From positions 229,616 to 293,615 of the forward strand of contig CAJUGI010000001.1 in NCBI GenBank assembly GCA_910586065.1: a DNA stretch of 64,000 bases. The letters are read 5' to 3'. Position 1 is the stretch's first letter, and each line of letters starts with the position of its first letter. Under the pieces are notes generated by a model. It searched no databases. It was not told where the DNA came from and was given only the letters and a program-made list of their open reading frames with translations. Positions 1-9,810 of the stretch are shown here, piece by piece. Made by a program: the position numbers and the translations under genes. Origin of the DNA: an uncultured Christensenella sp. Its GTDB lineage: Bacteria; Bacillota; Clostridia; Christensenellales; Borkfalkiaceae.

Positions 1-2232
1 TATGCGTTCTCTTCCAGCAAACTCGCTTCGGGTGTTACAACAATTAATCTCGCCGGCGTGGAAAAAATTGGCGAAGGCGCGTTTGCACACCTCAACATTA
101 CAAGCGTTACGATTCCTTCCACGGTTACGGAAATAGCTTTGCACGCGTTCGAGGACACGGCGCTTGTCAAACTCGTTGTTCCGGCTAACGTCAAATTCAT
201 CGGCAACTACGCTTTTGCCAATTGCGTTTCTTTAAACGAAGTTACGTTTGCGGCGGGCTCGCAGCTCACCGAAACGGGCGACGGCGTCTTTGCGGGATGT
301 ACTTCTCTCACTTCGGTAACTCTTCCCGAAAACCTTAAAATTATGGGAAGCTTATCTTTCAGCGACTGCGCAAACCTTAAAACCGTTTCTTTCCCCGCGC
401 TTACGGCGCTCGGTTCCGAAACGTTTGCGGGTTGCAAAAAGCTTGAACAGGTAACCTTTGCCGAAGGCGCAGGTACTGTTGGTACCGCTACGTTCGGCAG
501 ATTGATTATAACTTCGACAGGTTCTTTGGTATACGACGGCTGTACTGCGCTCAATACGGTTATTCTCGGCAAAAACGTTAAGGAAATAGGCGCGTTTACG
601 TTCGCAGGTTGCACGTCGCTTACAAACATTGATTTAAGCGGCGTAGTTTCCGTGGGAATGTATGCTTTTGCCGGTTGTTCCAACCTTTCGGGCTTGACGG
701 GGCTTGATAAAATCGTTATAATAGAAGAAGGTGCTTTCATAAATTGCTCCGGACTTGCAGATTTGAATCTTGCGTCCGCTCAATATATAGGCCACGTCGC
801 ATTTGCCGGCGTAGGATTTACTTCGCTTAAGCTTGACAGCGTCGTTTCAATAGGTTCCGAAGCGTTCCGCGACGGCAATGCGGTTACGGTTAATCTTCCC
901 GCAAGTCTTGCCTCAATCGGCGACGGAGCGTTTGCTCATTCGGTTAACTTAAGGAGCTTTACCGTTGACGAAGGCAACAAAATATTCTTTGCCGAAGACG
1001 GAGTTCTTTACCGCAATTTGGCAGGTCAGAAGGGTTCGTACGAATTGTGCGCTTATCCTTCCGCAAAGGTAATGAGGCTTCTTGACGACGGAGTCCGCAC
1101 TTACGAAATTAAGGAAGGAACCGTTTCTGTTCAAAGCTACGCTTTTGCGTTGCTCAACGATAACACGGTTACCAAAGTTAAACTTCCTTACAGCGTAAAA
1201 GTTTTGGGCAGCGGCGCGTTCAATATGAGCGGAATAACCGAATTGCACTTCGAAAGCATAAATGCGCCTGTCCTTATAACTGAAGTTGACTTCGGCGAAG
1301 ATAACCAGTCTTATAGCCTTTATTACAGCAACTTCAATGATAATTTCCTCAATCATTACAACCCCGGCGTCGGTCCCGTAGCGGGCGGCAGCGCAATGAA
1401 AATTTACAGACCTACGAACGGTTTGGGTTACGATAACTTAATCTACGGCAATTATTTCTCGTCGGTAGAGCTCCTCGGCGAACTTATGGAGGACGCAACC
1501 CGCAACCTGAAAACAATGATAAACGGTTTCGAATCTCCCGAAACGGTAGCGGGCTGGCTCAACCTCGGCGTAACTCCCGAAAACACGCAAATGATAACCG
1601 ATTTCTCCGAACAGGTAAAGGAAGCGCACCGCGCTTACAACAACATTCGCAGTGAAGGTCAGCTTGCGTTACTCGGCGCTGAGAATGTAGAAAAACTGTT
1701 TGCTATCGAAACGGCTCTCAAACCTGTAAAACTTAAGTTCAACATTCCTTTCAGCATATCTTCGCTTACGGTAAGCGCCGATTCAACCTATAAAACGGAA
1801 TACAGAGAAGGCGAAAGGTTCAATCCCGCAGGGCTTATCTTAATAATCACATACGACGATTATTCAACCGAAGTCGCCGATATGTCGCAGGTTACGCTTT
1901 CGTCGGCTTACGACAGAGCTCTCACATATCTCGACAGGTACGTAGAGTATAGCGGCTACGGACAGAGTGTAAGGGTTCCCATAACGGTTACAAAGAGCGA
2001 TAACGGCGGCAATACCCAAGGATTTAATCCGGCTGTAATTTACGGACCGATAATCGGCGTTGTAGTCGTTGCGGCGGCTGTTGCGGTAACGTTGATACTT
2101 CTCAAAAAGAAAAATACCCGTCACGCTGGCGGAACTTCCGCAAAAGCTCAACCCGAAAACGGCGGAACAGTTTCGTCGGATGAGACGGCGGACGGCAACG
2201 ACTTACAGTCTACGGACAAAACCGAAAAATAA
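1..2232 (+). CDS. BspA-type leucine-rich-repeat surface protein (5' end outside window) with C-terminal Ig-like module, TM anchor and short cytoplasmic tail
   Basis: The frame of ORF 58..2232 stays open back to nt 1 (YAFSSSKLASGVTTINLAGV precedes the first Met). It has ~22-25-aa repeats of the type 'vtIPxsVxxIGxxAFxxCxsL'. The C-terminus has 'YKTEYREGERFNPAGLILIITYDD', then the helix IIGVVVVAAAVAVTLILL followed by KKKN. Confidence 0.85.
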   Translation, partial: YAFSSSKLASGVTTINLAGVEKIGEGAFAHLNITSVTIPSTVTEIALHAFEDTALVKLVVPANVKFIGNYAFANCVSLNEVTFAAGSQLTETGDGVFAGCTSLTSVTLPENLKIMGSLSFSDCANLKTVSFPALTALGSETFAGCKKLEQVTFAEGAGTVGTATFGRLIITSTGSLVYDGCTALNTVILGKNVKEIGAFTFAGCTSLTNIDLSGVVSVGMYAFAGCSNLSGLTGLDKIVIIEEGAFINCSGLADLNLASAQYIGHVAFAGVGFTSLKLDSVVSIGSEAFRDGNAVTVNLPASLASIGDGAFAHSVNLRSFTVDEGNKIFFAEDGVLYRNLAGQKGSYELCAYPSAKVMRLLDDGVRTYEIKEGTVSVQSYAFALLNDNTVTKVKLPYSVKVLGSGAFNMSGITELHFESINAPVLITEVDFGEDNQSYSLYYSNFNDNFLNHYNPGVGPVAGGSAMKIYRPTNGLGYDNLIYGNYFSSVELLGELMEDATRNLKTMINGFESPETVAGWLNLGVTPENTQMITDFSEQVKEAHRAYNNIRSEGQLALLGAENVEKLFAIETALKPVKLKFNIPFSISSLTVSADSTYKTEYREGERFNPAGLILIITYDDYSTEVADMSQVTLSSAYDRALTYLDRYVEYSGYGQSVRVPITVTKSDNGGNTQGFNPAVIYGPIIGVVVVAAAVAVTLILLKKKNTRHAGGTSAKAQPENGGTVSSDETADGNDLQSTDKTEK

Positions 2233-2251
2233 TTTCTTTAAAGAGGAATAA

Positions 2252-3595
2252 ATGAGTAAGAGAACTAAATTCAAACTGTTGATACTCGCTGCGGTATTAT
2301 GTTTTTCCGTATCGCTGTTTGCGGGGTGTGTCGGCGAACTGCACGTAAACGACTTTTTAAACCAGAACAACGCTTTAAATCAGCAGGTAACGTATTACAG
2401 CAACGGCGGTTACTTCGACGGCACGAACAACATCGTTGAAAAAAATGTTTATTATCACGTGAACGATATAGTCATAACCAATTTCGACGCGATACAGGGC
2501 AAGTCGATAAGGCGCGAAGATTTCGTTTTTGCGGGATGGTATTATGCGGAGCTTACCGACAAGCTCGACGAAGAGGGTAACCCCGAACTCGACGCCGACG
2601 GAAATCACATTTTAGTGCCGGTTTTCGAAGACGAGGAAAAGAAAATAGTTAAAAGCACTACGCGCCGCCTCGAAGATAATCTTAAAATTCAGCAGAACAC
2701 GCATCTTTATGTTTGCGCTCACTGGGAAAAGGATGTCGAACTGCAATTCGTACTTGTCAGTGACGGTCCCGTAACGTTAAAATCGGGTGAACGGGTCAAC
2801 CCCGGCGAAGTTATCGCAAGCAAGCGTTTTGTGAGCGGTTCGGCTTCGGTCGGAACCGCGGCGCCTGCGGAAAGCACGGATTTCACGTTCCTGCAATGCT
2901 ATTCCAATCCGGAATGCACAATTCCCGCACCGTATTCGGTTTCCAAACCTTCGGGCGAAGACGCGCAGGCAAGGGCAACCGTTTACGCAAAATATATCGA
3001 AGGCGTCTGGACGGTCGTAAGAAACAAGAGCGACGTAGGCAGAATGTTCTTCAACATTTATACCGATACTAAATTCTATATTTTAAACGATATTGACTGC
3101 TCGAACGAAAGATTTAATCCGCAGCCGCGTACAAGCAGTTCCAACTGCTATATAGAGGGCAACGGCAAAACACTTTCAAATCTTAAGTTCGAATACCCCG
3201 TAGGTACGGGTATAGACGCCGGCGGCACTTATTCGATATTCGGAACTTTCGGTGAAAACGCCGAAATAAAGAACCTTGTTATGGATAACGTAACCGTGTC
3301 CTACACAACGCGCGTAAACGTAAACGGACTTTACTTCTTCTGTGCGGGCGACAACGGCGCAAAGTTTGAAAACTTTACTTTAAGAAACGTTTCAATGGAA
3401 GTGGATTCAGCCAATACGGTGCCCAACATCCAGCTTATCGACGGCGTTTACCAAAGCGGAAGCTGGCTGTTCGGAAACGTTAGTACCGATGCGGAATATA
3501 CAAAGACCGGCACGGGTAAACTCGTAATCGAAGGTAAAAAGCTTATCGTGCAGGGCGTGGTTGTGGTAGACGAACCCGCAACCGGCGCGCAGTAA
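2252..3595 (+). CDS. Lipoprotein of unknown function with a Listeria/Bacteroides-type repeat motif
   Basis: Signal peptide with lipobox SLFAGC. 'FVFAGWYY' resembles the GWY core of the Flg_new/List_Bact repeat. A GAGG ribosome-binding site lies upstream, and the gene starts 19 nt after the LRR gene. Confidence 0.7.
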   Translation: MSKRTKFKLLILAAVLCFSVSLFAGCVGELHVNDFLNQNNALNQQVTYYSNGGYFDGTNNIVEKNVYYHVNDIVITNFDAIQGKSIRREDFVFAGWYYAELTDKLDEEGNPELDADGNHILVPVFEDEEKKIVKSTTRRLEDNLKIQQNTHLYVCAHWEKDVELQFVLVSDGPVTLKSGERVNPGEVIASKRFVSGSASVGTAAPAESTDFTFLQCYSNPECTIPAPYSVSKPSGEDAQARATVYAKYIEGVWTVVRNKSDVGRMFFNIYTDTKFYILNDIDCSNERFNPQPRTSSSNCYIEGNGKTLSNLKFEYPVGTGIDAGGTYSIFGTFGENAEIKNLVMDNVTVSYTTRVNVNGLYFFCAGDNGAKFENFTLRNVSMEVDSANTVPNIQLIDGVYQSGSWLFGNVSTDAEYTKTGTGKLVIEGKKLIVQGVVVVDEPATGAQ

Positions 3596-3628
3596 AATTA
3601 ATTGAGGAAATTTCAGGAGGTTTAATCT

Positions 3629-6334
3629 ATGAATAAATTTTTTAAAGGAGCGTTAGCGGTCGGAATCGGTTGCACAATGCTTGCTACCACGGCGCTTACG
3701 GCTTGCGGAGGACAGCAGCTCGACCCCGAAACGCGCCCTTTGATGCTTTCGACGGGTGCGCTCGACGATAATTTCAATCCGTTTTTCTATTCGTCTTTAA
3801 ACGACGGCGAAATGGTTTCGATGACGCAGATTTCAATGCTTACAATCGACGGCGACGGTGAAATCGCATGCGGCGACGACTGGCCCACGGTAGTGCAGGA
3901 TTATAATATGACGATGTACGACACAAAGCAGGTCGGCACCGGCAATCCCGTTACCAACGGCAACGAAAACGGCAGAACGGAATATGAATTCCTCATTAAA
4001 AACGGCATCAAATTCAGCGACGGAACGCCGCTCACAATCAAGGACGTGCTCTTTAACCTGTACGTTTATCTCGACTACGCCTACACCGGCTCGTCTACAA
4101 TGTATTCAACGGATATACAGGGCTTAAAGGCTTACCGCACTCAGGACCCTTCGCTTAACGACGACAGCAACACACAGTTCGGCGCAACGTTCCGTGCAAA
4201 CGCACAGCAAAGAATTACCAATCTCAAAAACTGGTCCCAGCGTAAAACCGAAACTTACGACGCGAACGATTTAAAAACCGTTCAAGACCTTTTTCTGGAA
4301 GAAATCGAAAGCGACTGGAACACTCTTTCCACAAGCTGGAAAGAAACGTATAAGCACGCTTACAGCTTTGACGAAGTATGGCAGGCTTATCTCTACCAGG
4401 AGGGCATAATCGAAGTTCAGGAAAAAATCGGCAGCAACGGCGCAATGGTACAGATATTTAACGACAAAAACAACAACGGCAAACGTGACGACGATGAAAA
4501 AGACCCCGCGCAGAGTGAGAAGTATTACACTACTATCGACCCCGATATGACTAATCCCAATAACCCGGGCGTTATACGCGACCAGCGTTTAATCGATTCG
4601 GCTATGGACGCGGTCACTCCCGACAAAATCGCGCAGTACAAAATCGACAATGCCGAAGAGGGCGTAACGATAACCGACCAAATGGCAAAAGAAGGACTTT
4701 GGAAAGAATTCTGTATCGACCGCGTATATACGACTTACACTGCAAGGTCCGAAATTGCCAACGTACTCACGTACTGGGCAACGGCTTCAAAAGTTCTCGA
4801 AGAATTTACGGGCGAAGAAAGTACAAAATATTTCCAAACCCACAAGGGCGTTGACAGTATTTCCGGTGTAACTTACAAAACCGACGTTTCTTCATTCAAA
4901 GGAAAAGAACTCGGCGAAGAACATTCCGTATTAAAAATAGTAATCAACGGTATCGACCCCAAAGCTATTTTCAACTTTGCTTTCACGGTAGCGCCTCTTC
5001 ATTATTATTCCGGCACCTGGACTAATCCCGAAACCGGAGTTACAAAAAACTACGTTGAAGAATTCGACGGCGTTAAAAATTTCGGCGTGGAAGTAGGCAA
5101 CAGCAAATTTTTCAGTCAATGTCTCGGCTCTCCCGAAAAGAATGCGCTTCCCATCGGCGCCGGCGCTTATAAGGCTACTAATCTCAACGGCGACGACAAT
5201 ATAACGGGCGGCTTCAAAACCGGCGACAATATACTGCGTTTTAAGCGTAACGAACACTTCGAAAGCACCGGTAAAAATATAAACAATGCAAAAATCAAGT
5301 TCGTAAACTTCAAAGTTTATAACGACGACCAGATAATGGAAGCGCTTACTACCGGCGAAATCGATTACGGTATGCCCAACGCAAGCCTTACAAACAACAA
5401 CATTGTTTCGCAGCATCAGGATAAACTTACCGGCGTAAGTTACAGAACCGGCGGTTACGGCTATGTGGGCATCAACCCCAAATTTATTCCCGAATACAAG
5501 GTAAGGCAGGCTATAATGAAGTCTATGAACACTTCAATAGCAATCGATATGTACGGACCGAGTCTTGCCGAACCGATTAACAGACCTATGTCCGCAACTT
5601 CGTGGGCTTATCCTCAGGGCGTAGGCGAATACGAATCGATTGCGTACACAACCAACATAGACGAAATTAAAAAACTTGTAACCGATTCCGGCTACGAAAT
5701 TCAGGGCGGCGTTCTCACAAAAGTCAGAAACGCTCAGGGTATGTCCAACGCGGCAATCGGCACAAAGTTAGACTTAAAGTTTACGATTGCCGGCGAATCT
5801 GCTCTTGAACATCCTTCTTACAGAATGTTCCTCGACTCGCAGGAAGTATTAAACTCAATCGGTTTTAAAATTACGGTTTCGGCAGACCCGCAGGCTTTAA
5901 AACAGCTTTCAAGCGGTAACCTTGCGGTTTGGGCGGCTGCGTGGTCGTCTTCGGTTGACCCGGATATGTATCAGATTTACCACAAAGATTCCAAGGCGTC
6001 CAACGTAAACAACTGGAACTATCCCAACATTTTAAACGATACTTCAACGTGGCGTTATGAATACGACGTAATTACCGAACTCAGCGAAAATATCGACCAG
6101 GCAAGAAAAGTTATGGAAAAGGGCGACCGTATTCCTTATTATCACGAATGTCTCGATTTGGTAATGGACCTTGCGGTAGAGTTCCCCGTATATCAGAGAA
6201 ACGATTTGTGCGTTTACAATAAAAACGTAATCAACGGCAACACGCTCGTAAGCGGAAAAACCCCCAAAGGCGAAGATTTACCCAACCACAATATGGGGCT
6301 GTTCTCTAAAATCTGGGAAATTAACTACGTATAA
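3629..6334 (+). CDS. ABC transporter substrate-binding lipoprotein, family 5 (Opp/Dpp/Nik type), unusually large (901 aa)
   Basis: Lipobox ALTACGG. Family-5 core motifs are present ('GIKFSDGTPLTIKDVLFNL', 'YGYVGINPK', 'AAWSSSVDPDMYQIY'). It is followed directly by two permease genes and two ATPase genes. Confidence 0.85.
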   Translation: MNKFFKGALAVGIGCTMLATTALTACGGQQLDPETRPLMLSTGALDDNFNPFFYSSLNDGEMVSMTQISMLTIDGDGEIACGDDWPTVVQDYNMTMYDTKQVGTGNPVTNGNENGRTEYEFLIKNGIKFSDGTPLTIKDVLFNLYVYLDYAYTGSSTMYSTDIQGLKAYRTQDPSLNDDSNTQFGATFRANAQQRITNLKNWSQRKTETYDANDLKTVQDLFLEEIESDWNTLSTSWKETYKHAYSFDEVWQAYLYQEGIIEVQEKIGSNGAMVQIFNDKNNNGKRDDDEKDPAQSEKYYTTIDPDMTNPNNPGVIRDQRLIDSAMDAVTPDKIAQYKIDNAEEGVTITDQMAKEGLWKEFCIDRVYTTYTARSEIANVLTYWATASKVLEEFTGEESTKYFQTHKGVDSISGVTYKTDVSSFKGKELGEEHSVLKIVINGIDPKAIFNFAFTVAPLHYYSGTWTNPETGVTKNYVEEFDGVKNFGVEVGNSKFFSQCLGSPEKNALPIGAGAYKATNLNGDDNITGGFKTGDNILRFKRNEHFESTGKNINNAKIKFVNFKVYNDDQIMEALTTGEIDYGMPNASLTNNNIVSQHQDKLTGVSYRTGGYGYVGINPKFIPEYKVRQAIMKSMNTSIAIDMYGPSLAEPINRPMSATSWAYPQGVGEYESIAYTTNIDEIKKLVTDSGYEIQGGVLTKVRNAQGMSNAAIGTKLDLKFTIAGESALEHPSYRMFLDSQEVLNSIGFKITVSADPQALKQLSSGNLAVWAAAWSSSVDPDMYQIYHKDSKASNVNNWNYPNILNDTSTWRYEYDVITELSENIDQARKVMEKGDRIPYYHECLDLVMDLAVEFPVYQRNDLCVYNKNVINGNTLVSGKTPKGEDLPNHNMGLFSKIWEINYV

Positions 6335-6362
6335 TTAACCGATATAATCGGAGTAAACTTTA

Positions 6363-7361
6363 ATGACAAAATATATTATTAAAAGAATACTTTTGTCCGT
6401 TGTAATTTTGTTTTTCGTTTCGCTTATTCTCTATTTTCTTATAAGGTGTATGCCTGTAAGCTATATTGAGAATAAGTTTAACGAAGCGAATGCTAACGGC
6501 GCAAATCTGACTGAAGAGGACTTAAAACGACTCCTCGCCATTTACGGGTTGGAAGACAGCAGTTTCGGCGGCATAATAAAAGGCTACTTCGGCTGGCTCG
6601 GCAACTTTTTAAAGGGCGATATGGGCACGTCGTTCAAGTACGGCAACCCCGTAAACCAGGTAATAAGCGATTCTATGGGAATTTCTTTTGGAATTTCCTT
6701 TGTCGCGCTCATTCTCGAGCTTATCATCGCTATACCCCTCGGCATCAAGTGCGCAACCAACCAGTACGGTAAATTCGACTACACGGTTACCGTGCTGTGT
6801 ATGGCGCTTATGGCGTTTCCGTCGTTCTTCCTCGGCAATATATTTATTAAAATATTTGCCGTTGACTTAGGTTGGTTCGAAATCGGCGGTTTAAATACGG
6901 GGTCGTTGCAGGGCGTTTCGTTTATAGTAAAATTCTTCGATATGTGCTGGCACCTCGTTTTGCCCATTCTCGTAATGGTGCTCCTCGATATAGGACCTAT
7001 GATGCGCTATACAAGGACGAATACTCTCGAAGTTTTAAACGCCGACTACATAAGAACGGCGCGCGCAAAAGGACTTTCCGAGGGCAAAGTGGTCTATAAG
7101 CACGTTTTCAGAAACACGCTTATCCCGCTTATAACGCTCTTGTCGTCAACGCTTCCCATGCTTTTCGGCGGTGCAATGATTACCGAAACGGTTTTCGCTA
7201 TTCCGGGTATAGGACATACGGCGTACGAGGCGCTTAAAGTGGGCGATATTCCGCTTGCAATGGGCTATAATATGTTTATTGCAATATTAACCGTAATCGG
7301 CGTTTTGCTCGCCGATATAATGTACGCGGTTGTAGACCCTAGAGTTAAATTAGGTAAATAG
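6363..7361 (+). CDS. ABC transporter permease (OppB/DppB-like)
   Basis: Multi-TM protein with the binding-protein-dependent transport motif 'YIRTARAKGLSEGKVVYKHVFRNTLIPLIT' and the C-terminal 'VVDPRVK' typical of OppB. Confidence 0.9.
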   Translation: MTKYIIKRILLSVVILFFVSLILYFLIRCMPVSYIENKFNEANANGANLTEEDLKRLLAIYGLEDSSFGGIIKGYFGWLGNFLKGDMGTSFKYGNPVNQVISDSMGISFGISFVALILELIIAIPLGIKCATNQYGKFDYTVTVLCMALMAFPSFFLGNIFIKIFAVDLGWFEIGGLNTGSLQGVSFIVKFFDMCWHLVLPILVMVLLDIGPMMRYTRTNTLEVLNADYIRTARAKGLSEGKVVYKHVFRNTLIPLITLLSSTLPMLFGGAMITETVFAIPGIGHTAYEALKVGDIPLAMGYNMFIAILTVIGVLLADIMYAVVDPRVKLGK

Positions 7362-7369
7362 GTGTTGCT

Positions 7370-8500
7370 ATGGAAGAAAACAAAAAGGCAACAGGCGTTG
7401 AAATAACTCCGGCTGCGGATGAAGCAAACCTCGGTGAAAGCGTTGAAATAACTGTTACCGAAAAGGAAAACTTCAACGATAACCTGCACGGAGAAAATCT
7501 TACCGAAAGAGCAAAAGTGCTTTCGCCCGGAATGACCGTCTTAAAAAGGTTTTTCCGTTCAAAGCTCTCAATTGTCGGGCTTGTAGCTATTATATTATTG
7601 TTTGTATTTTCGTTTTTCGGACCGCTGTTTTCGCCGTGGAGCGCAAACGGCGGCACCGTAAGGGATTATGATACGGTAAATATTTTAGGTACCTATTCCG
7701 CAATCGAATATGTAGGTCCGGACGGCAATACATATATTGCCTACGACGTTACTATAGAAGGCGATTTATTGAATTATAACAGCCTCGGCGGCATTTCCGG
7801 CAATCACTGGCTGGGAACCACGTTGGAAGGCTACGACGTCTTCACAAGACTTATGTACGGCGGAAGGGTTTCTCTTACAATAGGTTTTGTGGTAATTATT
7901 CTCGAAACTTTAATAGGCGTTATTTTAGGCGGACTTGCCGGGTACTTTGGCAAGTGGGTTGACCAGTTGATAATGCGTATAGTGGACATATTAAGCTGTA
8001 TACCGTCGTTGCCGATAATGCTTATACTAAGCGCCGTGTTCGAAGCCGCAAATATTGTAGACATATCAAGGCTGTATTATATGATGGCGATTTTGTGTTT
8101 ACTCGGTTGGACGGGCACTGCCAGACTTGTAAGGGGACAGATTCTGTCGCTTAGAGAGCAGGAATTTATGCTTGCCGCCAAGTGTTCGGGTCTGTCTACG
8201 GGTAAAAAGATATTCAAGCACTTAATCCCCAATGTAATTCCGCAGCTAATCGTTTCGATGACGCTGGGACTCGGCAGTATAATTCTTATGGAAGCGACTT
8301 TGGGCTATTTGGCGATAGGCGCGCCTGCAGATACTGCAACCTGGGGCACTATGATAGAACTTGCTTCAAGGGCAAGATACAGAAATTACTATCCCAATCT
8401 TTGGCTGGGTGCAGGTATATGCATAACGCTTGCCATACTTGCATTCAACTTTGTCGGAGACGGTCTGCGCGACGCATTCGACCCTAAAATGAAGAGGTAA
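7370..8500 (+). CDS. ABC transporter permease (OppC/DppC-like) with N-terminal extension
   Basis: 'GTTLEGYDVFTRLMYGGRVSL' and 'FMLAAKCSGLSTGKKIFKHLIPNVIPQLIV' are OppC-type motifs. The gene starts 8 nt after the previous gene. Confidence 0.9.
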   Translation: MEENKKATGVEITPAADEANLGESVEITVTEKENFNDNLHGENLTERAKVLSPGMTVLKRFFRSKLSIVGLVAIILLFVFSFFGPLFSPWSANGGTVRDYDTVNILGTYSAIEYVGPDGNTYIAYDVTIEGDLLNYNSLGGISGNHWLGTTLEGYDVFTRLMYGGRVSLTIGFVVIILETLIGVILGGLAGYFGKWVDQLIMRIVDILSCIPSLPIMLILSAVFEAANIVDISRLYYMMAILCLLGWTGTARLVRGQILSLREQEFMLAAKCSGLSTGKKIFKHLIPNVIPQLIVSMTLGLGSIILMEATLGYLAIGAPADTATWGTMIELASRARYRNYYPNLWLGAGICITLAILAFNFVGDGLRDAFDPKMKR

Positions 8501-8502
8501 AA

Positions 8503-9810
8503 ATGGCGGACAACAAGACACAGGACAAAAAGAAACATTATATATCGCGTTCCGAATCCAGACAGATTGCCAAAGAAAACTCCAAGGCGATAAAGTTTTA
8601 CGAAAAGCAGAAAAAACGCAAGGTTAAGCCCGAAGATTACACAACCGAAATGAAAGACGATAAAAATATCGTCGAATTCGAGGATTTACACACTTATTTC
8701 TTTTCGGACGCGGGCACAGTTAAGGCGGTGAACGGTGTGTCTTTCTCTGTTCCCGCAGGCTCTACCGTGGGTGTAGTCGGCGAAAGCGGTTGCGGAAAGA
8801 GCGTCACTTCGCTCTCTTTAATGCAACTCGTACAAGCCCCCAGCGGACAGATTGTAAAGGGTTCCATACGCTTTAAGGCGGACCTTTTCAAACGCGATTC
8901 GCGCGGTAAAAAAATTCCCGTTTACGAAACCGAAACGGACGAAAACGGCGAAGAAAAAGTCAAACTCAACGAAAAGGGCAAACCGATAATAAAGAAAAAC
9001 GCGCTCGGCGGCAATATGTACGAAATGGAAAGTCGCGTGGTTGATATCGCAAAGATGCCTACCGAGGCGATGCGTTCAATCCGCGGCAGGGAAATATCCA
9101 TGATATTTCAGGAGCCGATGACCTCTTTGAATCCCGTATTTACGATAGGCAACCAGCTTGACGAAGTAGGCAGACTGCATATTGAGGGCATTTCCAAACA
9201 GCGCGTAAAAGCGCGCAGTATCGAGATGTTAAAGCTCGTAGGAATCGCCGACCCCGAGGGCGTTTACAAAAAGTACCCCCACGAACTTTCAGGCGGTATG
9301 CGCCAGAGAGTTATGATAGCTATTGCTCTTCTGTGCAATCCCAAGCTTATCGTTGCGGACGAACCTACTACCGCGCTCGACGTTACCATTCAGGCGCAGA
9401 TACTCGACTTATTGCGTGAAATAAAAACAAAAATCAACGGCTCTATAATGCTTATTACGCACGATTTGGGCGTCGTTGCCGAAATGGCGGATTTCGTAGT
9501 GGTTATGTATGCCGGAAAGGTAATAGAAATGGGCACCGCGGAAGATATTTTCGACCATCCCATGCATCCTTACACAATCGGCTTGCAAAAGAGCAAACCC
9601 ACGGTAGATTCGCAGGTTGACGAACTCTATTGCATTCCCGGTTTTGTGCCCAATCCCATTAATATGCCCGATTATTGCTATTTCCGCGACAGATGCGAAA
9701 AGTGCCTTGAAAAATGTGCGGGCGAGTATCCCGGACTCATAAAGGTCAGCGATACCCACAGTGTCTCCTGTTACCTCTATGACGGCGCGGAGGTGAAAAA
9801 TAATGGTTAA
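8503..9810 (+). CDS. ABC transporter ATP-binding protein (OppD-like) with N-terminal extension and an internal insertion
   Basis: Walker A GESGCGKS, signature LSGGMRQR, Walker [14 protein letters not shown] ~55-aa Lys/Glu-rich insert ([15 protein letters not shown]...[10 protein letters not shown]) sits between Walker A and the Q-loop. Confidence 0.9.
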   Translation: MADNKTQDKKKHYISRSESRQIAKENSKAIKFYEKQKKRKVKPEDYTTEMKDDKNIVEFEDLHTYFFSDAGTVKAVNGVSFSVPAGSTVGVVGESGCGKSVTSLSLMQLVQAPSGQIVKGSIRFKADLFKRDSRGKKIPVYETETDENGEEKVKLNEKGKPIIKKNALGGNMYEMESRVVDIAKMPTEAMRSIRGREISMIFQEPMTSLNPVFTIGNQLDEVGRLHIEGISKQRVKARSIEMLKLVGIADPEGVYKKYPHELSGGMRQRVMIAIALLCNPKLIVADEPTTALDVTIQAQILDLLREIKTKINGSIMLITHDLGVVAEMADFVVVMYAGKVIEMGTAEDIFDHPMHPYTIGLQKSKPTVDSQVDELYCIPGFVPNPINMPDYCYFRDRCEKCLEKCAGEYPGLIKVSDTHSVSCYLYDGAEVKNNG